From Octopus vulgaris (taxonomy: Eukaryota): DNA of 64,000 nt. The DNA lies in contig OX597831.1 of assembly GCA_951406725.2 (NCBI GenBank), forward strand, positions 48,484,001 through 48,548,000, in the 5' to 3' direction. Shown piece by piece: positions 51,320 to 64,000 of the stretch; position 1 is the stretch's first letter, and each line of letters begins with the position of its first letter. The position numbers and the translations under genes are program-made. Under the pieces are notes generated by a model. The model ran no database searches and was not told the DNA's origin. It was given only the letters and a program-made list of their open reading frames with translations.

Positions 51320-52032
51320 TTAATTTATATTTATATTTATATATGTATGTATGTATATGTATGTATACACACATCACACACACACCACACATATATACAT
51401 ACATACGTACACACATACATACATACATACATACATATGCATATATATATATGTGTGTATATATATATATGTGTGTGTGTACTTGTTATGTATGTATATA
51501 TGCATAAACACACACACACATATATACATGAGCCCATATATACATGTATATATATGTATGTATATACATGTAGACTTATATACTGATACGTACATATCAG
51601 TATCCAAGGTAACCCTGTTTCTGCTTCCTCTAAATGCATTTAAAAACACCTATTTCCCTATTCCTCACTGAATCTTTATGTCTCCATATTGTTCACGAAA
51701 CCAGAAATGAAAGTAATAATTATATTGTAAGAAGCAACAGAGTAGCCACTTTTTCTTAAATTTCTGGAAATTGTTGGTTTGCTGACTGGACTGTCATTGT
51801 GTAGGCGTCAGTAATAGCTTCCTTCAGCTGTCTTTGAATGGTTTACAACACCTACGCTGAAATACACCTACTATCAGAGATTTATCTGTCTGTAGTTTCA
51901 AATGAGATCATCTACATATATTTTTTATTCATTTTGACAGCAAAATTTGCAGCATTGTTTCTTTCTCTGATAATTGTCTCTGTATATATCTTATATATGC
52001 GTGTGTGTTTCTGTATGTATGTATATATGTAC

Positions 52033-52082
<50 letters not shown>

Positions 52083-52231
52083 ACATATATATATATATAT
52101 GTGTGTGTGTATATGTATTTATATATACATATATATATATGTGTGTTGTTATATGTGTGTACATGTATATGTATAGGTATATAAATGTAAATATATATAT
52201 ATCTATAATTAATTGTATCTATATCTTCCAA

Positions 52232-52278
<47 letters not shown>

Positions 52279-52326
52279 ATGTATATATATATTTATTTCT
52301 CTCTCTCTTTCTCTCTCTCTATATAT

Positions 52327-52370
<44 letters not shown>

Positions 52371-52537
52371 CTACACATATATATATGTGTATATATACAT
52401 ATACATATACATATATATGTCTGTGTATACACACACACATATATAGATGTATATGTGTGTATATATATGTATATATAAATATATGTTTAGGAAACAAACA
52501 ACTTTCAGCATTAAGAATTGAATGTTAGACATCTCAG

Positions 52538-52686
<149 letters not shown>

Positions 52687-52687
52687 C

Positions 52688-52961
52688 CCCTGACTGGGCC
52701 CCCAGTGCCATTGGCATGTAAAATGTACTATTCGAACATGATCATCGATGCCCAGCCTGCCTGACTGGCTTCTGTGGCTGGAGGTACGTAAAAAGCATCC
52801 ACTACACTCAGAGTGTTTGGCATTAGGAAGGGCATCCAGCTGTAGAAACTTTGCCAGATCAGATTGGAGCCTGGTACAGCCTCCTGGCTTGCCAGTCCTC
52901 AGTCAAATCATCCAACTGATGCCAGCATGGAAAACGGATGTTAAACGATGAAGATGATGAT
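52688..52961 (+). mobile_element. Short RTE-tail element
   Basis: Same tail as 14270-14447. Confidence 0.85.
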
Positions 52962-53453
52962 ATGTATATATACAACCATGCAGACATACATATATACTTA
53001 CATACATGTGTTTGTGTGTGTTGTGTAGCTATCAGACAAAGAAGTTGGTGTTACAAGTGATGATATTTGAGTTAACAATATGTTATGATATTTAAACCAA
53101 AGCTGTCATATTAGTCTATTTGATTGATATAGAATACAGAGTAAAACAATGAACAAAAATCAAAATAAAACATTCACATATTAAAACACCAGCTTAATAC
53201 TGATATCCTTGGTATGTCTTTAAATTGTATTCATTTATAGGGAGCTGGTTCAGAAGTTCCAGAGTTTTGAGTAGTGTGGCATCTTAGCCACTGAAGTTCT
53301 GAGGTTTACTTTGACCCAGATCTGTAGTATCAGTTGGGGTTTCAGCTATGGGTTAATTAGCAAGTTAGTCAGGCAGATGGAGTTCATTAGCCTGAGGGTG
53401 CAACACACCTAGGGGAAAAAAACATTGATTCAAAACCTCTGTTGCTTTTCACT

Positions 53454-53675
53454 TACGAGGGAGTACTGAAAAGTTCCTGGCTTTAAAGACATTGCAAAAA
53501 AGCTCGTGAGAGACCCAGCTTTCTGAGTTCTTTTACAGGGTTTAGAAAAAAATGAAGGACCACTGCAATAAGTGTGTGAATTTGAGAGGGGAATATGTCA
53601 AATAAAATCATAATTAACTGATGGCATTGTATATTCTATTACTCAAAGCCAAGAACTTTACAGCACCTCCTCATA
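53454..53675 (+). mobile_element. Mariner-derived MITE, complete copy
   Basis: TACGAGG..TGAAAAGTTCCTGGCTT / AAGCCAAGAACTTTACAGCACCTCCTCATA; ..NKCVNLRGEYVK* remnant. Confidence 0.85.
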
Positions 53676-54158
53676 TACCCAGCCTTGGGAAAACCCTGAG
53701 GGAAAATTAGGGGTCAGAATTTGTGAGACATTTCAGCACTGTCTACAACTTTGTTCTGGGAACTCTTGTGACAACACAGGTGCCAACTTGTAATGCCATT
53801 TATTGCTTCTTTGTATTCCTCGGTGACATTGAAAAGAACTGGTTGTTGCTGTATTGACAACATCCTGTCCTTCATTCTATAGTACCCGAGTTTGGCTTCC
53901 ATGGAATGCCCTATGCTGGAGAGACTGATTCCTGCAGCAGATGAAAGGAAAATCCACAGAAAAAAACACTTTAACTCAAATAACACTGGGAGAGCTCAAA
54001 AGTATGATCTGTGTGGCAGAGACTGTCTTTCACACATAAGATTGTTCAGCCACAAACAAGTTCTTAGTTGATTGCAGTAGAGTGAACAACTAGGACCTCC
54101 ACCCAAGGTCATTACTGATAGCTAGGGCCTTAATACTAAAGTAGGTCCTGTTTCAGTA

Positions 54159-54500
54159 TGGAGGCACATGGCTCAGTGGTTAGAGTATTGGGCTTACAAT
54201 CATGAAGTTGTGAGTTCAATTCCTGGACCAGGCTGTGTGTTGTGTTCTTGAGCAAGACACTTTATATCACGTCGCTCCATGTTCACTCAGCTGTAGAAAT
54301 GATTTGTAGAAATGATTTGCCACATCACTGGTGCCAAGCTGTATTTGGACTTTGCCTTTCCTTTGGACAATATCAGTGTCATAGAAAGGGGAGGCTGGTA
54401 TGCAGCTAGTCTTTCACAAAATAATCTTACTTGGACTTGTGAACTCAGAGGGGAACTTTCTAGGTGCAAACCCTTGTTCATTCGCGACTGTAGGAGGTCT
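54159..54500 (+). mobile_element. Family-2-type tRNA SINE
   Basis: TGGCTCAGTGGTTAGAG A-box; GAGTTCAATTCC B-box. Confidence 0.8.
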
Positions 54501-55703
54501 TTACTCTTTACCTTGTTTCAGCAAACAGAACTTGTAGATTGTTTCATCAGCTACATTCATCAAATGAAACACTAATAACTGTTTATAATTTATGCACAAG
54601 GTCAGCTGTTTTGAGGGAAGAACTTCATCTCTGCCTTTCACCTACAATACTTGTCTGGGTCATTATATTACAACTCTGGAAAGATGAAATGCAAATTTGA
54701 CCTCAGTTGGATTTGAACTCAGAATGTCGGAAGTTAAAAAAATATCCCACAATGCATTTTGTCTGATGCGGTAGTGGTTCTAGTTAATCCCCCACCCTCC
54801 AACAATCCACCACTAGATACAGCTGCACAGTCATGTGATTTTTGGCTGGCCACTGTTTGCAACAGATTGAGATGAAAAATAGATTAACAACAACAAAAAG
54901 ACCTCGTTTTCAACTTCCTAAATTTCTTGCTAAGCATCATCATCGACATCATCATTATTGTCGTCATCGTTGTCATTGTCATCATCGTTGTTGTTGCTAT
55001 CATCGCCGTTGCTGTCTGCCATCACTGTCATCACCGTTGCTGTCATTATCATCATCATTGTTGCTGCAGCTGCCCCTGTTATTACCACCTCTGTCATCAT
55101 CATCATCATGTTTCCCCCCCTTCCCCCATGCTTACATAGATTTATTAACCTTCCTCTAGCACAGTGTCTTGCTATTTGTTCCAATCCTTTCTCATCCCCT
55201 TTGCAAAGTTCACTTACCAGAGTTTAGCATTCACCAACTTCTCTCTATATCGTTCTTAGTCTTTCTATTCCACAGGTTCCATCTCCTTGTATCATTTGAC
55301 ACCTATTTACACAATTGTCATTCCCTATAGGCATCACATGTCTCTACTTAATGAAATTTTCTCTATTGCATGTTACATCTGATTCCTCCAATACTTGGAT
55401 TTTGCCTTCCAGCTTTTTTTTTTTTTTCATTTCCTTTCATGCATACTAACATTTCACATCTCGTGGAATATTCTTTCTACATTTCTTTCTTGCCTTTGTA
55501 TATCCTTCTATTCAACACTCATGTTTTTGCTACCATGCAGAATTACAATTTTTTCACAAGCATCATACAATCTGCACTTTACTCAAATTTGATGCCAAAT
55601 AGAGACTATAGTATTGCAGAACATGGCCTTCTGACACCAACACAGCTCCAACAGCAGGGAAACCGCAGATCAGCCCAGCAAGCCAACTTGCCCAAAGAAT
55701 ACA

Positions 55704-56228
55704 GTTCTATAGTTAAGAGATGAGGAATTATGTACATTATTTGACAGATATTAACGATTCAGCTGATATACACTCCAACTCAGGTGTCTTGAAGAAATTT
55801 CGAACCTAGGTTCTTAAGGTATTTTTCGATGTTAATATTATTGTTGTTGTTGTTGTTCAGGTCACTGCTTGGAATCGAACTCGGAATCTTGGGGTTAGTA
55901 GCTCATGCTCTTGACCACCACACCATATGCCTGTGGGCAATTATGGAGTGAATTTTAGGGCTTATAAATCTAATATTCTCCTATCCTTCCTTAATACTGG
56001 TTCCCACATGCTGTTCATATCTGCACTTGGTCTGCTTAGGAGGTTGTAGTGTCCTAGTATATGTGCTGCTTCTTTAGTTTTCGTATTTTCCAGTGGTGTT
56101 CTCTGTCTATTATTTTAACTTCATCGCACAGGGGGAGGTAGCCTCTATCTTTTTTCCATACATGATCAGCTATACCCGATTTATTGATATCTCCTCGTGT
56201 CACAGCTTCGCAATGTTCCTCTACCCTT
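55704..56228 (-). mobile_element. Penelope-like element 3' end: GIY-YIG C-terminus, tRNA-like segment, pseudo-LTR
   Basis: QRVEEHCEAVTRGDINKSGIADHVWKKDRGYLPLCDEVKIIDREHHWKIRKLK/EAAHILGHYNLLSRPS..WEPVL..* (one frameshift, stop at 55962-55964); terminus homologous to 59415-59630. Confidence 0.88.
55860..55931 (-). pseudogene. tRNA-like (Pol III box) segment within the PLE 3' region
   Basis: Reverse complement GGCATATGGTGTGGTGGTCAAGAGC..CTACTAA..GAGTTCGATTCC, followed by (AAC)n; acceptor stem does not pair. Confidence 0.6.
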
Positions 56229-56562
56229 TGGGATGAACTTTTTCTTTTAATTTGTTGAACCCGGAGGAAGGGGCAGTGCTTATGAATAGTGGAGGCCCTC
56301 CAAGGCTCGTCAGCTTAATTCCATTTATCTTCCATTTAAACTGTCATTAGTTAATACCTGAATGAAAAATATGAGTCAGGTGAAGATTCCCAAAGGCTGA
56401 TGTTCTGAGGAGAAAGGACTGTACGTAGAGGTTAATGCAGGCTTGGAAAGGATTAGATGTTTTCTGTATTCTGTGTCAAATTTTATTAAGAATCATTGCT
56501 CTTCAAGATGGGATGCCTTCACTGCAACATACAGAATAAACATCTCTATATTTTATCTCTCA

Positions 56563-56872
56563 TCTTTTACTTGTTTCAGTCATTAGACTGCGGCCATGCT
56601 GGGGCACCACTTTGAAGATCTTTTCAGTTGAATATATTGACCTTAGTAATTATTTTGTTAAAATCTTGGTACTTATTCTATTGTTCTCTTTTGCCGAACT
56701 GCCAAGTTATGGGGACATAAACACACCAACACTGGTTGACAAGCAATGGGGAACAAACATAGACACAAACACACACACACATGCACACACATACATGCAT
56801 ACATACACACATACACACATATATATATATATACATATATATATATACATATGTATATATACATATATATAT

Positions 56873-56952
<80 letters not shown>

Positions 56953-57125
56953 ATACATATATATGCCATGTTTCTTTCAGTTTCTGTCTACCAAATTCAC
57001 TTACAAGATTTTGGTTGGAATGAGATAATAAAAGAAGATATTTGCCCAAATTGCCACACAGTTGGACTGAACCAGGAACCATGTGATTGGGAAGCAAGCT
57101 TCTAACCACACAGCCATGCCTGCAC
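56563..57125 (-). mobile_element. Family-1 SINE with expanded internal microsatellite
   Basis: Both SINE halves flank a ~200-bp (CA/TA/TG)n tract. Confidence 0.85.
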
Positions 57126-57818
57126 CTTGGTCTCTGCAACTATGCAAACTTTTATTCAGAATTGCTGCTCTCTGAGACAGGATGCTACATGGAGCATTCA
57201 GCTCTCTCATGCAGAATTTTATTCAAGATTTCTGCTCTCTTACTTGGGTTACCATAACTGTGTATCATGTCTTCCCATAACACTGCAAAAGATGCTCACA
57301 CAGAGGGACAGTTTTGGCAGGAAGAGCAGAAAGTTCTGGAAACTGTGGGTTTATTTGACTGGTTTGTTGGTTGGTTGGTTGGTTGGTTGGTTGGTTGGCT
57401 ATTGTTTAACATCCACTTTTTCATGCTTGCATGCCTGATGGAATCTGATGAGGCAGATTTTCTATGACCAAATGCTTTTCCTGTCACCAACCCTCAGCTG
57501 TTTTGAAGCAAAGCAATATTTCGCTGTTTCGTTTCTTCTGGAAGACTGGAAACAAATAATGTCACTTGTAACATGAGAAACTCATTCACAATCATCACAT
57601 GATGACAAGACAAGGCTACACACACACACACACAATCACCCACCTAACCATCCATCCATCTTCCTATCTTTTTCTATATTGATATATCTATATCGATATA
57701 TATATATATATATATAAAGTTAATCCAAACATGACAACACAAAGAGAAAACACAACAACGCAAGGACGTGGAACAAGTATAGTGTTATTGGACGCTCAGG
57801 AAAGGAAAGAAAGAAGGA

Positions 57819-57856
57819 GGATTTAATGTTTCGAGCGGAGCTCTTCATCAGAAACA
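57819..57856 (-). ncRNA. Minimal hammerhead motif in a (TA)n-flanked PLE-type end (57718-57924)
   Basis: Reverse complement TTT-CTGATGA-A-GAGC tcc GCTC-GAAAC-ATT-AAA; AACATT is one transition from palindromic AACGTT. Confidence 0.65.
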
Positions 57857-57921
57857 TAGGAAAAGGAAAGATCCAAGGAAGGGAAGATAGAGGAAAAAAA
57901 TTGCCAATGGTACACACGCGG

Positions 57922-57959
<38 letters not shown>

Positions 57960-59026
57960 GTAGAGCTCCAAGGATCAAGGTGTAGGAAGTTAGTAAGCTT
58001 CGTGCAATCCGTAGAAGATATAAAAAACAAGTTTTAGGAAAAATAGTGGTTTATTGACATAGAAGGTTGTAAATTTTTCCCATATTGAACTTCAATAGGC
58101 TCAAAAAAAGTTATTATATTTTATAGTTCATAGTTAGCAGCTAGGGTTACTGTGTATGTGAATAAAAATCCAAGATTTTTAACTACCTTTATAATTTTTA
58201 TATTTTTTATTTTCTTATTTTATTTCTTTATTCTTTTATATTCAATATTTTCTCTAACACTTTGATCTCCTTACACCTTCCTTCTGCACATGAGAATATA
58301 CAAGCGCCCACACATGCAGTATACCTCCTAGATGCTACAGGCGCTTGAAAAACTACACGCATGCATGCTAATACATGCATGTTTAGTTTTAAAATTAAGC
58401 AATAAACCAGCAACTTACCTAGAACTACTAAATTCCCCAAACAGACCAAAACCATTATCATCCACCCTCTCTCCTTCTCCCCACCTTTCTCCTATCAAAT
58501 CCTAACATATCTTCTTTTTCTTTGACTCTCTTTAAATGGATTTACAAGGTGCCACAATATATTTACTTATTTATTCCACTGCAGACCCTGTAAATAACCC
58601 AGCTTGAATTCACAAAGTCATTCCCCTAGCCAAATTCACAAAGATATTCCGCTACCAAATTTTTCCCCCCTACTCTTCCCCCTCTCTTTTTCTTTATTCG
58701 TAGCCTGATACTTTCCTAAACAAATTCAGACATTTACCCATTCCCATGTATTATTTCTTCGCAAACAAGTTTTCCCTTTTGTTATGTCACTCTGTGCTTT
58801 TCATACATTTTCAATCAAATCTGCAAGTTAACATGTGATCTGATCGCTTGATGAAAATGTAAACTTCATTTGACTAAGATAGCTTTGCTCAATGAGTAGC
58901 TAGCAGTTTACCCCTTGTTTTGGAAATTACTACTGCCGAGGTTCTACTAGCTATGAAGCATATATAGACTGGATTTTATCTAATCCATTCCCTAATTTTG
59001 TATATATATATATATATATATATATG

Positions 59027-59413
59027 TACTCTTTTACTTGTTTCAGTCATTTGACTGCAGCCAAGCTGGAGCACTGCCTTTAGTCGAGCAAATCAACCCC
59101 AGGACTTATTCTTTGGAAGCCTAGTACTTATTCTATCGGTCTGTTTTGCTGAACCGCTAAGTTACAGGGTCATAAACACACCAGCATCAGTTGTCAAGCG
59201 ATGTTGAGGGACAAACACACACACAAACATATACACACACATACATACATATGTACGATGGGCTTCTTTCAGTTTCCATCTACCAAATCCACTCACAAGG
59301 CTTTGGTCGGCCCGAGACTATAGTAGAAGACACTTGCCCAAGGTGCCATGCAGTGGGAATGAACCTGGAACTATGTGGTTGGTAAGCAAGCTACTTACCA
59401 CACAGCCACTCCT
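59027..59413 (-). mobile_element. Family-1 SINE
   Basis: Colinear with 28468-28880. Confidence 0.9.
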
Positions 59414-59414
59414 A

Positions 59415-59630
59415 TTATTTACATTATTTATATTTGACGGATATTTGTCCTCATCTTGTTTGTTGTTAACACAACATTTCAGCTGATATACCCTCCAGCC
59501 TTCATCAGGTGTCTTGGGGAAATTTTGAACCTGAGTTCTCATTCCTAAGGTATTTTTTGATGTTATTATCTGTCAAATGTAAATAATGTAAATAAAGTAC
59601 ATAATTCCTCATCTCTTAAATATAGGACTA
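59415..59630 (-). mobile_element. PLE pseudo-LTR with inverted terminal segment
   Basis: Homologous to 55704-55840; 59568-59630 is an inverted copy of the element terminus. Confidence 0.8.
59468..59513 (-). ncRNA. Minimal hammerhead ribozyme motif
   Basis: Reverse complement GACAC-CTGATGA-A-GGCTG gagggtatat CAGCT-GAAA-T-GTT-GTGTT; 5-bp stem I and 5-bp stem II. Confidence 0.75.
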
Positions 59631-59889
59631 TATGTATATGTATGTATGTTCCTTTATTCTCTTACTTGTCTCAGTCATTTGACTACAGCCATGCTGGAGC
59701 ACTGCCTTAAAGTGTTTTAGTTGAAGAAATCATTCTTAGAACTTATTCTTTGTACACCTAGTACTTATTGTATCGGTCTGTTTTGCCGAACCACTAAGTT
59801 ACAGGGACATAAACACACCAGCATCAGTTGTCAAGTGATGGTGGATGGGGACCGACACAGACATATATATATTTATATATGTATGTATG

Positions 59890-59938
<49 letters not shown>

Positions 59939-59961
59939 GTGTGTATGTGTGTGTGTATATA

Positions 59962-60005
<44 letters not shown>

Positions 60006-61534
60006 TAGAAAGAGAGAGGCAGGGAGAGAGAGACACATTAAAGTTTAACTGAACATGATTTACATAAATACTTTCCTTCCCTTCATACATTGAGAGAAAT
60101 ATGTTCACACTCATAAAGAGAGAGAGAGACAGACAGATAGACTAACAGAAAGAGAAAGAGAAGAGAGACAGACAGACGGACAGAGAGAAAGAGAGAGACA
60201 GAGACAGAAACATTAAAATGTCTGATGTCAAATTAATCAGGATTGAATTGGTGACACCAAATAGTCAATGCCAAAGGAGTTGCATCGAAACATCTCATTT
60301 TTGAGAAAGGGACATATAAAGAGAGAGGAAGAATGGGACCTGTGAGAGAAAGACAGAGGGAGAGAGAGAGAGAGATGAAGAATGAGACATGAATGAGATG
60401 GGTAGAAAAGAGGGTGAGAAGAATATATGATGTATGCATGTGGGTGATAAAAGCTTGTAGGCAATATCAGATACTAATAAAATATGATAGTAATAAATCT
60501 GATGGTGTTAAACGTGCTAATTAATAATAAAAACAATAGAACCAGTAATTAGCAGTGTAACATATCTCATCTGATCCCCTGCTTTTAGTTTTATATGATA
60601 GTGAGATAATGTGCTGTTATAGTATGCTCATGAGCCGTCCTTTATTATTAGCGCATATAGATATACTATAAAAATCAAAGTTCTCTCTCTTTCTCTTAGT
60701 AGAAACTGATAGAGAGAGAAAAGGGGTGAGAGAAGGTAGAAGGAGAGGGGGAGAGAAGGAAAGGGGGAGAGAGAGGGAAACTGATACAGTAAAATTAACT
60801 ACGAGAATTATTATTCACATAGCTTAAACATAGTACATTTGTTCAATGCAGTCAATCTGGAGATGTAGGGGATAATACATGACCCTTGTAAGCTATCAGT
60901 GCTGAACATGGTCGATTATTTTCGTAGATATATATTTGGCTAAAGCTGCTGACAGAGGGAGAGAGAGAGAGAGAAAGTGAGGCATGTAGTCAATCAGATA
61001 GACAAATAGAAATGGAGACAGACAGTCATACATAAAGTATGAAGGAGATCAAAGTGGACTGGGTGAGTCAATTTTTAAAACAAGCAGCAGCAAAGGATGT
61101 GTTATGTCAAAAACAGTGTTTCAGTTATTTGCTGTTAAAAACTGGAAGCAGAATAGGCAAATCGGTTTACTAACCAATTCTACTCAGGCTGAAAACCAAC
61201 AAAGTCTGTCATTACCAAAACACCATGAAGATCATTTTGTGGAATAACTAAATTTCTATGAATTTCAGATCTAAATCTTACCACACTTTCTAAATACATA
61301 TATGAAATGATATTACATAATGTCACATAATTATTTAGCTTAGTTTTCATGTTGCATCACTCCAAAAGCTTGCTATCATGCTGGCTTCTTATTATTAGCT
61401 CAGGTAAATACAAAATCTGTCACCACAGAAACATAGCATGGAATTACTACATTTCTAAATATTTCAGAACATTTTGATATATTTTTCTTAATACATGTAT
61501 GAAATAAAATTTTATATAATTTTATTTCATACAT

Positions 61535-61937
61535 GGCGCAGGAGTGGCTGTGTGGTAAGTAGCTTGCTTACCAACCACATGGTTCCGGGTTCATTCCTAC
61601 TGCATGGCACCTTGGGCAAGTGTCTTCTACTATAGCCTCGGGCCGACCAAAGCCTTGTGAGTGTATTTGGTAGATGGAAACTGAAAGAAGCCCATCGTAT
61701 GTATATATATACATGTATGTATGTGTTTATATGTTTGTGTGTCTGTGTTTGTCCCCCCAACATCGCTTGACAACCGATGGTGGTGTGTTTACATCCCCGT
61801 AACTTAGTGGTTCAGCAAAAGATGTTGATAGAATAAGTACTAGGCTTCCAAAGAATAAGTCCTGGGGTCAATTTGCTCAACTAAAGGCAGTGCTCCAGCA
61901 TGGCTGCAGTCAAATGACTGAAACAAGTAAAAGAGTA
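61535..61937 (+). mobile_element. Full-length family-1 SINE
   Basis: GGCGCAGGAGTGGCTGTGTGG .. AAACAAGTAAAAGAGTA. Confidence 0.9.
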
Positions 61938-62057
61938 ATTTGGTAGTTAGTTTGCCATTCAACCAAAGAATTCAAGCAGACTTACTCTACTAACAGAAAA
62001 AAACCCAAAGTATTTTATAGAACATTTAAATAGTAAACTAAGAAGAAGACCATCACA

Positions 62058-62479
62058 TCTATAAAAATAAACGCAAAATTCTGTCTGTCCGTCCGTCCGG
62101 GATCCCTGTATCTCAGTCTCCATTTGCTCTACATAGACATATTATACCTTTTTGGAATCAGGATGATCCTGGAATTGAAAATCTGCCCTTTAATTGGTTT
62201 TTTAACATCCAGCACTGGGATCAGGTCTGGGCGAGGATTTGTTATATGATAACAATTGAAAATTCAAATTTTAAAAGAACTCAAAAAATTTGTGAACTTA
62301 TAAGTTTTTCATTCAAAATGAATTTAAAGTAATATCATATTGGTAGGGTAATGCTATATTGGTAGGGTACCAATAAATGCTTTATTATAATTGCCCTCTT
62401 AAGTTTTGCGCCACAGACCCAGTTAGCCCTCCAAAGGAACTCACTTAAACGTCTGCATGGAGTGTGGCTTTTAAGCTAG
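62058..62479 (+). mobile_element. Non-autonomous Helitron
   Basis: A|TCTATAAAAATAAACGC start with CTGT/CCGT repeat; imperfect hairpin (CTGCA-TGGAG-TGTGG) ~10 nt before CTAG|T; no TSD. Confidence 0.65.
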
Positions 62480-62504
62480 TATATTATATGTGAATATGTG
62501 TGTT

Positions 62505-62625
62505 TCTGCATGAGTGTGTGTATGTGTGTGAGTGTGGTGGCAGTGGAGTGTGTGTGTATGTGTGCGTGTGTGTGTGTGTGTGTGGTGGCAGTGGTGTGTG
62601 TGTGTGTGAGTGTGTGGTGGCAGTG

Positions 62626-62656
<31 letters not shown>

Positions 62657-62810
62657 GTGGCAGTGGTGTGTGTGTGTGTGTGAGTGTGTGGTGGCAGTGG
62701 TGTGTGTGTGTGTGTGTGAGTGTGTGGTGGCAGTGGTGTGTGTGTGTGTGTATGTGTGCATGCGTGTGTGTGTGCATGCGTGTGTATGTGTGTGTGAGTG
62801 TGTGTGTACA
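62505..62810. repeat. (GT)n tract punctuated by GTGGTGGCAGTGG units
   Basis: About six GTGGTGGCAGTGG motifs separated by variable (GT)n. Confidence 0.9.
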
Positions 62811-63754
62811 TACACATTTAGGAAGGGTTGTTGACACTTCTTGTCAATAAGTCATCTGCTCACCTCATGCCTTTTGAAGTCAAGTCAAATAAAAGATCCC
62901 TTACTTGAAAAACAGTTAAGGGTTAGCTTCAGGAAGGGCATCTGCCTGAATAAATGCCTTAACAACATATTTGCTCAACTCATGCTAGCATAGAAAAATG
63001 AACATAATAATGAAATGAAACTAAATTATATAAATAATATATAATGATGCTGACGATGATGAAACTGTCACCTTCATCACCCTCACCCCTCACCATACCC
63101 ACCTGGCAACCCATCTATTACATCACTTTTTATCACTTTTGTTATTTTTTGCTCCTTTCATATGTCTGTTTTTCTGACCATCTCTCTCTATAGATGGAAA
63201 TGTACATATATTGTTACTAATTAGATTTTTGTCTTTACATTTGAGTTCAAATTTTCCCAAGGTTGACTTCATTTTTCATCCTTTCGAGGGTCTTAAAATA
63301 AGTACCTGTTGAGCACTGGGGCCGACGTAATTGACTTGGCCCCTCCCCTAAAATTGCTGGCCTTGTGTCAAAATTTGAAACCAATTAGGTTCTGGCACAT
63401 TTTCTTTCCTTTGGCAAAACAAGATACGAGGTTGGTGTTGAAAACTACTTGGCTTTAAGGGTATCATGAAAGGCCTGGTTGGAGGCCCAACCTTCCAAGT
63501 TTTTTGACAGGGCTTAGAAAAACTGAAGGATTGCTGCTACAAGTGTGTGAATATGAGAAGGGAAAATGTTGTATAAGATCATAATTAACTGATCCTCCTG
63601 TATTTTCCCAAAGCCAAAAACTTTTAAGCACCCTCTCAGTTATTTGTTGAATTTTTTTGTTTTAATAAAGCATGTACACATGCACACCTGCACACACACA
63701 CACACATATGCATACACACACATGTGCATACACACACACACTTTCATATATACC

Positions 63755-63962
63755 TACCCTAGGCACAAGGCCCGAAATGTTTGGGAAGGGGGTTGGTCGA
63801 TTAGACCGATCCCAGTGCACAAATCGTACTTAATTTATCGACCCTGAAAGGATGAAAGGCAAAGTCAACCTTGGCGGAATTTGAACTCAGAACGTAAAGA
63901 CAGACAAATTACTACTAAGAACTTTGCCCGGTGTGCTAACATTTCTGCCAGATCGCTGCCAG
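63755..63962 (-). mobile_element. Family-3 (Nin-like) SINE
   Basis: GTACTTAATTTATCGACCCTGAAAGGATGAAAGGCAAAGTCAACCTTGGCGGAATTTGAACTCAGAACG; plus-strand partial copy at 63235-63385. Confidence 0.85.
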
Positions 63963-64000
63963 TTGTATTCTTGAGCAAAATACTTCATTTCACGTTGCTC

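Overview
AT-rich, microsatellite-dense eukaryotic DNA with no recognisable host protein-coding gene. It is most likely intronic or intergenic sequence from an octopus (coleoid cephalopod); this is inferred from the SINE families, the RTE tails and the (TA)n/(CAT)n/(ATT)n density. Almost all ORFs in the track are microsatellite translation artefacts. The real content is layered mobile-element debris: three tRNA-headed SINE families, RTE LINE 3' ends plus short copies sharing their tail, mariner remnants and MITEs, piggyBac-type (TTAA/CCC..GGG) MITEs, a hAT MITE, a Helitron and a Helentron-type HINE. There is also a ~4 kb (TAA)n-targeted cluster of R4/Dong-like LINE ends with an unexplained ~540 bp non-coding partner element. 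The most striking hidden layer is a set of Penelope-like element (PLE) remnants, mostly in or beside (TA)n tracts. Several keep GIY-YIG/thumb peptide motifs or form fold-back inverted ends. About ten carry minimal hammerhead-ribozyme motifs (C/UUGANGA - stem II - GAAA - palindromic stem III - GUH) of unrelated primary sequence, most damaged by CpG-type decay. All calls were made by eye; no database search or folding program was run.
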